Assembly: GCA_012295275.1 (NCBI GenBank)
Contig: CM022672.1
Coordinates: forward strand, 25,730,001-25,794,000
From: Chrysomallon squamiferum
Lineage: Eukaryota > Animalia > Mollusca
Length of the DNA: 64,000 nt
Reading direction: 5' to 3'
Part shown: one piece after another, positions 54,431 to 64,000 of the stretch
Position numbering within the stretch: position 1 is the first letter of the stretch
How the letters are laid out: each line of letters starts with the position of its first letter
The notes under the pieces: generated by a model
Told to the model about the DNA's origin: nothing
Seen by the model: only the letters and a program-made list of their open reading frames with translations
Database searches by the model: none
Position numbers and translations under genes: made by a program

Positions 54431-55366
54431 CTTACATACATACATACATACATACACACACATACATATATACATAATAGATACATACATACATACATAT
54501 ACAAACATAGACATACGTACACACACACGAAAGATTCGTTAATGAATTACGTATGTATAATTAACAAAAGTACGCGATTATTTCTTTTAAGAAAATTCTA
54601 TTATATCTGGACTGCTGCAGATGTTCTTCAATTTAGATCGCATGTTTGCACAGACAAACCCAGGAACAGGGTTATTATTGTGACATCATAACTGTAAACA
54701 CCCTTTGATGTATGCCGCTCGCCACCACGCACTGTAAACATGTTACGGAATGTTTTTAAGCGTAAAAGTAATCAAGTATCACCAGAATTCGGCTCGTACA
54801 CAAATTTGTTTGTATTTCTCCAACTGATTATAACAAGTTATGACGAAACGAGGCATTCGGGGTGTCGGGTGCGCGATATAAAAGCACAGAAGCCACGCGT
54901 GTCACTATGTGGGGTCACCGGCAGGGGGCGCTTCTCTAATCAAACTAATTAATGCACAAACAAGTTCCCTTCTTATAGATTTAATAGGAGACGAGATAAG
55001 ACTTGATGGCCAACTGTTCTTCACGCTATCGCTGACAGACACGTGTCAACAGATGGCAAATCGGCCTGTTGTTACAACAGCACACGAATATCAGTAATAT
55101 TCTCCTCTGTATGATGTCAAATTGTGACGTAACGTGGCGAAAAAAGCGCCACTACATATGTCCATTTTGACAAAAGTCAAGATGGCGCTACTGCTGTAGA
55201 ATCGTGATATGAACAAAGAAATGGAATTCTGTCATATTTTTATTAAATGTAATTTGAAATTTTTGTTTTTCTTGATTATCAACAATAATGTTAAATCTAT
55301 ATTTGAGATTTGAATGTATAAATTCCCATTCGGTTGATGGGTTAAAAAGGAAACATCCCATCTTTT

Positions 55367-55433
55367 TATTATTATTATTATTATTATTTATTATTATTAT
55401 TATTTTACAATTATTAATTAATTATTATTATTA

Positions 55434-55488
<55 letters not shown>

Positions 55489-55545
55489 TTACAATTATTA
55501 ATTAATTATTATTATTATTTTATTATTATTATTATTATTATTTAT
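55367..55545. repeat. (TTA)n tract with a duplicated interruption TTTTACAATTATTAATTAATT
   Basis: Seen directly; two higher-order copies. Confidence 0.9.
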
Positions 55546-56237
55546 TTATTTTCAGTGCTGGAATTTTCATTTTAACTCGGAAGCCGTAAAAAAATAAAAG
55601 TAAAAATAAAAAAATAAAATGTACAGGGTACTTACTTCTTCAATAACTCAAATGAAAAGGTGTATGTATAGACGATTAATTGTGTTTTAGAACTGTTCAG
55701 AAAGTATTCTAATTATACCAGAAAACACCTGTTGTATAAATCTGATTTTATTTTATTTTATTTTTATCTTTTTGTACCATCGGCAACGTTTCTTCAAATA
55801 TGATAGATATTCACTTAATTAATATGGTATTAACAGATGATAAAGACATGTTCGGTTTCATTTTCATTTTTTATTTTTTATATATTTATTTTCGATGTCT
55901 TAAACAACAAATCTTGTATTTTTCAAATATGTGTTTTCTTGATTAAATTCAAGTTAACCACAGAAACTTTTCCATTTCAGAATTATATTAAATTTGCGAA
56001 ATTTCCAAAAATGAGACTTATTTTTCAAAATATTTCCCCGATTAAATTTTGTTCCATTGATTTTATAGACCATCCTTTACATATATCTCTGCAAATTATT
56101 AAGTATTCAGAAGACTGAAAAATACAACAAAATAACCACATTCTGTATAACGTGCTTAGTGTCACCGACACGTTCTTAACAGATAAAAATCTGCAATCGG
56201 GATAACCTCCACCGCCCCCTTTCTCTGACTCTCTCTG

Positions 56238-56242
<5 letters not shown>

Positions 56243-56326
<84 letters not shown>
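56243..56326. repeat. (CT)n microsatellite
   Basis: Seen directly. Confidence 0.97.
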
Positions 56327-56335
<9 letters not shown>

Positions 56336-56497
56336 TAGATTTGTTTTCTTAATCTGTGTTAGCGAATTTGACAAAGATGTTTGATGGTCAAAACTCAGTG
56401 AATCGTGTTCATTAAATGTTATTAGTTTAAACACTTGCCTGTCGAATATAGAAAAGCGATATTTATTGTCATATTAATTTTTTTTATAAATAGTTTA

Positions 56498-56540
<43 letters not shown>

Positions 56541-56981
56541 ATAATAATAATAATAATAATAATAATAGTGATAGTGATAATAATAATGATAATGATAATG
56601 GTAATGTTAATGAAAAAATAAAAATAATAATAAACATTTAAGTATTTGTTATTTGATAACACTATTGACAATAAATCCATTTCCTGGTTCGTTCTCTCTC
56701 TCTCGGAGAATAATAATATATTTACCTTCATTGTATGTTATTGTTTCCGAAATCCTATTAATAGTAAAAGCATTATCCAATCGTATGTGTTCCTAGGGAC
56801 TCTTCATATCAAAAGAACTAAGAAAAATATCTTTGGTTGAAAGATGTTTAAACTGTAAAAACCTCAGTGGATTGGATTGAAACAATATTTGACTGCAAAC
56901 AAATATGTTGACAAACAAGTCAATATGACATCCGTGTCAACAACACAAATTCAAAATTCAAGAATCGAAACTACATAGATT

Positions 56982-57073
<92 letters not shown>

Positions 57074-57289
57074 TGGCACGATGTTAACAAATCCCGAATA
57101 TCCTTTTTTTTTCTCTTTTTTTTTAGATTTGCTTTCTTAATCTGTGTTAACGAATTTGACAAAGATGTTTGATGGTCAAAACTCAGTGAATCGTGTTCAT
57201 TAAATGTTATTAGTTTATACACTTGCCTGTCGAATATACAAAAGCGATATTTATTGTCATATTAATTTTTTTTATAAATAGTTTAACAA

Positions 57290-57327
<38 letters not shown>

Positions 57328-57390
57328 ATAATAATAATAATAATAGTGATAGTTATAATAATAATGATAATGATAATGGTAATGGTAATG
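56326..57390 (+). repeat. Composite duplicated block Y-X-(CT)n-Y' (Y about 56326-56610, X 56613-57071, Y' about 57115-57390)
   Basis: GAATTTGACAAAGATGTTTGATGGTCAAAACTCAGTG occurs twice about 790 bp apart; X matches 34313-34755. Confidence 0.92.
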
Positions 57391-57914
57391 GCAATGGCAG
57401 TGGTAGAGTAGTAGTAGTGGTAGTGAATGGTAAAAGTACTGCTAGTGATAGTGGTGGTGGTAGTAGTAATGGTAGTAGTAATAGTAACAGCAGCAGTAGT
57501 TATAACAATAAACTTAATGTGACGGTGCGCGTTGTTTTCTATAGCAAATTTCCATTAGAGTAGGGGAGATAACTGCAGTTGAAAAGAAACAAAAATGAGG
57601 GAGTTATCTCCCTTGCACCTTCTGCCATTTAATCGGCATCAACTCAAGGACGAATAAACAAGACAGCAAACGCTGACTTGAGGGTCAAGAAGAACATTTT
57701 TCGATTACAGTTGTGCATGGCCTTTGTTGTTAACTGCTAGAACATTATAATAGTTATTATTTTCATTATGTGAATGATTTGCACATTCAGTGTATTATTA
57801 TGACGGTTAATTGAAGTTGATGTGGACAGGTGTAATGATAGCAAGGACAAGTAACCAGCCATGAACTCATTACAAGGCCGAGTATGAGTTGGCTGTAAGC
57901 ATGTTTACTGTTAT

Positions 57915-58243
57915 AATAATAATAATAATAACATCAACAGCAACAACAACAACAATGACAATAATAACAACAACAACAATATTAATATTAATAATAATAA
58001 TAATAATAATAACAACAACGACAACAGCAAAAAAACCCCAGTAATAATAACAATTATGGTAATGGTGGTGGTGATAGCAGAGTAGTAGAAGTAGCAGGAG
58101 TGGTGGTTGTGGTTGTAGTAGCAGAAATAGTTGTTGCAAAAAGATTAATATCAATCAGATGATGAAGATGACAACAGTAGCAATAATAACATTAATAATA
58201 ATAATAATAATAATAAGAAGAAGAATAATAATAATAATAAGAA

Positions 58244-58274
<31 letters not shown>

Positions 58275-58400
58275 AAGAAGAAGAAGAAGAAGGAATCACA
58301 ACAACAAACAATAATAACAAACAATAAATAAACAACAAGACAAAACAAGATAATAACAATAACAACAAGACAAAACAAAATAATAACAGCAACAGCAATG
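57915..58400. repeat. Compound trinucleotide low-complexity tract (AAT/AAC/AAG/GTA)
   Basis: Seen directly; pure (AAG)n at about 58245-58291. Confidence 0.93.
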
Positions 58401-58777
58401 ATATGGTATGTTTTATTAGTTCAGTTTAATATAATTCAGATCAGCAGTCTTAAATGTATCTTTGGCGGTATGAATAAATGGTCTAATAAAAATCTGTACA
58501 CCTTCAAGTTATTATTTTACGTGATAATCTATGGCAGACTGATCGTTGTATCCTAACAAAACTGGAAAAAACATGAGAGGAAATCGTCTGCCCTGTATCC
58601 GATGACGTCACGACAATAAAAAGAAGAAAAGAAGAACAGTAGGATCTAGATGCTATTTAGAATATATCTTGACCATTTCTTCCAGAAATATACTTTAATA
58701 ATACGTAACAGTTTCATACTCTTCATTTACATTGATTATATAGAAGTTTCTGATAAAACAAAAAAAAAATTAAAAAA

Positions 58778-58814
<37 letters not shown>

Positions 58815-59639
58815 AATAAGAAGAAGAACCCCCAACATGCGCTAAATAAAAGATCGAAATGTTACATCTGCAGATGTTTAAATTGAAAGAGTTATGTCCC
58901 TTTTATAATCTTTTCTTTTTCCTTTTTAAATATTTTTAATTATTATTTTATTTTATTTTATTTTATTTTAACTTATTATTCTATAAGAATACAAATATTT
59001 ATATACATGTTAAAATATAATAAATAAAAATAATGATGATGATAATAATAAGGATGATGATGATGATATGATGCTAGTGATGATGATGATAAAAAAAATA
59101 CATGTAAAACAACACGATATTCTAATACCGAATATTAATTAACGAAACTTGTTAACTTTACGAATGGCAATGTGTTTGATATCCTGTACCTTTTTTCATT
59201 GCCTTAGATTTTATTGAAAATATATTGTTTTGTTCTTCTGCATATCTGCAAACAATCAGCATTACAAATATAAATGTTATTTAGTACACAAAGATTTCTG
59301 AAGCGTAAAAACATCCTTATAACCTGGCGATGTCAATCATTTAAGCATACGACCACCAGCCTAATGACGTCACGTTGCCATCGTTACGGAATACATCAGA
59401 CGAGAAATTACAGAAAAGACATTTACGAATAAATCATCTGATAAGTTTGGTTAGACGATAACAGGGCTATCCCAGTCATATCTTGATTGAGAGAACTAAA
59501 AGAATCATGATCATTGGCGAAAACGAACACGAGAGAGACTGTTGGTGCAGAAATACAAACTCATTTCACCCTAAGGTTACAGAGTTCTTTTCTTTTTCTC
59601 TCTCTCTTTTTCTTGAACCCGTGAAACTAGATACACAAA

Positions 59640-59641
<2 letters not shown>

Positions 59642-59695
<54 letters not shown>

Positions 59696-59696
59696 G
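59642..59696. repeat. (TG)n microsatellite
   Basis: Seen directly. Confidence 0.97.
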
Positions 59697-59838
59697 CTAA
59701 TTACTGACTGTATTTTGTAACGAAACTTCAGGGTTTATGGATGAAAATCTTGTTCTTAATTGTATAATGATTGTTTTTAGAGATTTAGTAATAACACAGT
59801 TTGACAAAAGAATATCAAATCGTGCAGATATATCCATA

Positions 59839-60520
59839 TACAGTGGTACCTGTCTTTAGTGGTTCCCCCGAGAGATGAACGGCCACCTAAGATGCACGGA
59901 TTGTTTCCCCGTGGTTATGTCCCTTATATTAGCGGACACGGATTGCATTTGTTTATGATTTTTCTAAAGCTAAACCGAACAGTCATACTGATTTGGATTT
60001 GTTTTCTCTAAAATAAATAATTTTATTACTGTACGGCAGCTTTTATGATAAAGTGCACAGTGCATGCTGGAAGTGTTGTTTCTGTCGAATCACAAGAGAC
60101 CGCGAAATACAATCGCCAAAAGCTTGCCCACCAAACCGTAGGAGTTCAAAGAAAATTCAAAATCATTCCATGTATATTTGTTTTCTAAAACACCCTGACT
60201 TAGTGGACTTTTGAATGGAAAAGATGGTGCGACTGACAGATACCGGAGCTCTGTCTGTGTTTTAAACGCAAACATTTAGTAAAACCTAAATATACCTTAT
60301 GCTTATTCAGAATTTTATGACGGTCAAAATATATAATATCTGCAGTAGTGTTTTAGAAAAAAGCCATGATGCGTCTATAGAAATGCCAGGTCACAACGAA
60401 TATTTCTTGTTGGTGTTAATGTGGTGGATGTGAATAAAAAATCTAAATATATTTTTAAAAGAACTGTCTATAAATTTTACCCCTCTGACGAAGAGACACC
60501 TGCAATATAGGGACACTTTT
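59839..60520 (+). mobile_element. Degenerate pogo/Tc1-mariner-type non-autonomous element, left end
   Basis: TA followed by CAGTGGTACCTGTC at 59839-59854; related GGCCACCT/GGACAC/GACACCTG sub-repeats near 59881, 59934 and 60495-60516; right TIR and transposase not found. Confidence 0.45.
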
Positions 60521-62450
60521 GCACTTTTACACCGTACAAGTCGGGCAACAGTAATTATGTTTTATTCGTGATGTACAGGAATATGTTAAAAAAAATCAAA
60601 ACAGACTGAGTACGTCTCTGGCGCATTGACTTATTTATTTATGTTTTGTACCAAAGCACCGATACACACGGTCATGCATACCACAAAAACATACAAAAAA
60701 CAACAACAAAAAACCCCAGCAACAACAGAAAAACAATGATAGATAGTAGAACCGTACTTTCAAAGTCGCACTGAACAAAGCTGGTGGGTGCACCACAGTA
60801 GGACTGCAAGTACAGTTTCTAGAGCTGTTGGTAGACAGACTAAGGACGGAATACACATCGAATGGTTATTTTGTGTTTGTACAAATGGTACAGTCGTTTG
60901 TCACGGACGACAGACTCTCAGCGTACAAGATCAACATTACGAGGTGTTCTTGCATGTTTATCTGAAAGAATAACATGGCAGCTTGTTTGTTTTACCGAGA
61001 TAAAGATGTATTTGCAGAAACAAAATACCAACTGGTTTTCAGCAGTTTCAATATTGGAACAAGTTGTGGCCGAAATATGGTCTATGAACTGAAATTTAAT
61101 TTTACTTGTAAAGGCATTAAAATTATGATGAATGACATTAAAAAATACAATCAAAAACAAAACAAAACAAAACAAAAATAAAACAAAATAATAATAATAA
61201 TAATAATAATAATTTTAATAATAATTTTAACGTAAATCATTGTAAGGTATTCGTCAGGTGTTTTATGCAAATCAGTGACTTCGCGAAAAGATAAAAAACA
61301 GAAAAATGCATCTCATTATTTGTAAAGAATGGCCACTAGTGTCAAACAAAATAATGATTTGTAACAGAGCAAAACAGTTAAGTTATTTATTTCACCAAGA
61401 TGGCGAGAATAAACAATTTAAAAAACAAAACAAAACCATTTTTTTTTTTTTATGTTATTGACGTTTCATTGACGGCATTTATTTTAGAAACATTTCAGCA
61501 GTTGTGATACAGTTTCTCTAGAAGGTCAGTTCTACTCAAGGTCTTTGGTTGCCGCTGATGCACTGATTCTTTCCCAAAGCAGAACGGTCTCAAACTGTTT
61601 GTTTAGGGCCACATTGTGTTATTTCAGTGATAGAAAGACTTGGTGTGACATTTTCCCAGTTCACGATATCAGATAAACGAGAGAGATGAAATCGTAGAGC
61701 AGGAAACAACTGCTTACATATCTTTCCAGAATTCTGCTCATTCCATAACATTCCATTCTCAGAAATGTTGCAGATTTGCACCACTGAGGGAGCGGCCTAT
61801 AGTTCAGTTACAGCAACATACCCTCGAAACAAAACACATCAAAGAAAGGAAGAAAGTTTTATATAACAAAAGCACTCAGAACAGTTTTAATTCACTGTTA
61901 TAAAGTGCTGTATAAATAATATTAATAATAAATAAAAATAAGACCGTTTTTATTATGAACAGTCGAGATATTAAAAAACAAAAGACTATGGCTTTAAGAA
62001 AAACACTTCAACAAACGTAGGCTGTGTGGTGGTAATGAGCCATCTCCAGTCGTGTGGAACATCAATTTAAAACAGTTTTTCTGTTTGCTGAAAAACACTT
62101 TCACATGACTGACACCGGCTTCGACCATGCGTGAAGTCTGAAAAGCCAGCACTAATAAAGTGAACACACCGGGCTTCATAGACCAACCCGTATTGACTCC
62201 TACCCACACTTTGATCGACAAACCTGGAACATGTTTAACAACATCTTTGATAAAAGTGTCACGAGAAACCAATTACTGCAACACGATAATTAGTTAAAGT
62301 TCATAACACTAACCTCGTTACTCTGATTTAGTCAAATGTACTCTACTTTTGTTGTGCGAGTCGGGCCTGAATAATAAATGCTGACATTTTTATATTTTTA
62401 TTTTCATGTTAAAGATTAGAAGAAAAAAAAAAAATAATAACAATAAATTA

Positions 62451-62553
<103 letters not shown>

Positions 62554-63458
62554 AATTAATTAATTAAAATTAAATAATCGCCATTTTGGATATTAAATAT
62601 TATGCATTTTTGTATCAGACAGTTCAGAAGTTAACACTTATATTTGGAAAGTTTTAAATACTAATTCATTGTTTAATCTTTAAAAAAGAAGAAGAAGAAG
62701 ATAAAAAACAGAAGTAATTAAGATAATGGCGGAGTAACTCATCGCTGAGGTGAATGTCTGTACGCAGTAACTTAATAACTTGGCACGGAAAATTTAACAT
62801 GACGTCACAACAACGTAGTAAGTATACCACCTGCAGTTTAGTCTTCAACAGCGTAGCACGTCAAATGCGTACGGTATACTAACCTGTATGGTCACCCGTT
62901 ATAAGCAGACGGCAAGCGTTTATAAAGATCTCATGGAGCGGCAAATAACGTAAATAATGTGATACAAATTATAAACAAAATAAAGCGTTTGATACAAGAC
63001 CACACCACAGGCAAACTTAGAAACATCTTCAATCTGGCTCTTCAAATTTGAATAAGTATGAACAGAGTTGTAAAAATATGCGTCATAAAAAAAAAAAGTG
63101 TTATGTAACAGCGGGTGTTAACGTTACACATAAGGAAAAAAATGACCATATATGTATAGATGTAATAATCATTCTTTATAAATTGTTTATATCGTAAGGT
63201 TTTAGGAATTTCATGAATCCTCGTGCTGACTGCAAAACTTACCATGGGTGAGAATCTAAATTTGTTACAATTCGAGATAGCATTACACAACCACAGAAAT
63301 ATATTTTTATTTATTTTAATTCTTTGTATTATGACAGAATCCATTAAGCTAAACAATACAGGAGACGTCAAGACAGTTGAGAGAAAAAAAAAAAAAAAAA
63401 AAAAAAAAGTGAGAATGAAAAGAAATTTGAAAGATATAGAGAAAGGCGTCTTAATAAG

Positions 63459-63489
<31 letters not shown>

Positions 63490-63771
63490 AACAAAAATAA
63501 AATATCTTCAAGCAGATATATAAGTTTGAAGCACAGTCTTTCTCAAACGGCTGTGCAGTAGTTTAGAGAACATCTTTAAAAACATACGCATAATTAAAAT
63601 AAAGAACACTTTGCACAGCGTGTTGTGCCTTTTATCTTAGTTCAGCCGTACGCGGAATTAATCAGTGATACGAGTGCTTCTGCACTGAAGTAAAAAAAAA
63701 AAAAAAATAAATAAAAATAAAATAAAAATAAATTAAATAAATAAAAGATAGGAAAAAAGCAAAGAAGCCAA

Positions 63772-63803
<32 letters not shown>

Positions 63804-64000
63804 AAAATAAATAAATAAATAAATAAACATAAATAAGAAGAAGAAGAAAGAAAGAAAGATAAAAGAAGAATGAATGAAAGAAAAAAGTTAAAGGTTAACG
63901 TAGAAGGGAAAAATTTCCTTTAATATAGAAATACAGAAAATGCGCTTTGAAATGTAGAAATTTAATAGTATAAATAATGACTGTTCTAAATACAGATCTT

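Noticed and set aside
55288-58398. Poly-I/L/V/S/T/N ORFs
   Set aside because: Trinucleotide microsatellites with no coding signature.
63042-63830. 150-aa and neighbouring ORFs
   Set aside because: Built from poly-A/T and AAAT repeats; no recognisable domain.

Overview
AT-rich, microsatellite-rich animal genomic DNA; a protostome and probably a mollusc-like invertebrate (inference). One multi-exon protein-coding gene is supported, on the minus strand. It encodes a C2-PDZ-DH(RhoGEF)-PH protein of the PsGEF (protostome-specific GEF) type. Its C2, PDZ and PH parts resemble the N-terminal half of vertebrate RGS3, but it has no RGS domain. Fifteen common coding exons (9941 down to the stop at 1599) join in frame through GT-AG introns. 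Several mutually incompatible upstream exons each end in a phase-1 donor that fits the common acceptor at 9941 (donors at 10071, 13192, 18256, 40228). This suggests an array of alternative promoters and N-termini, giving 763 aa or 811 aa for the two best-supported forms. CpG is nearly absent from about 1.5 to 26 kb and returns abruptly at about 26.1-26.4 kb, the pattern expected from gene-body methylation ending at a promoter. The remaining 27-64 kb shows no recognisable protein domain. It holds promoter-like motifs (CRE, YY1-like), many microsatellites, several microsatellite-bounded local duplications, a ~0.5 kb inverted repeat, a pogo/Tc1-like terminal fragment and a tRNA/SINE-like relic. 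All coordinates and counts were read by eye and no database search was run.
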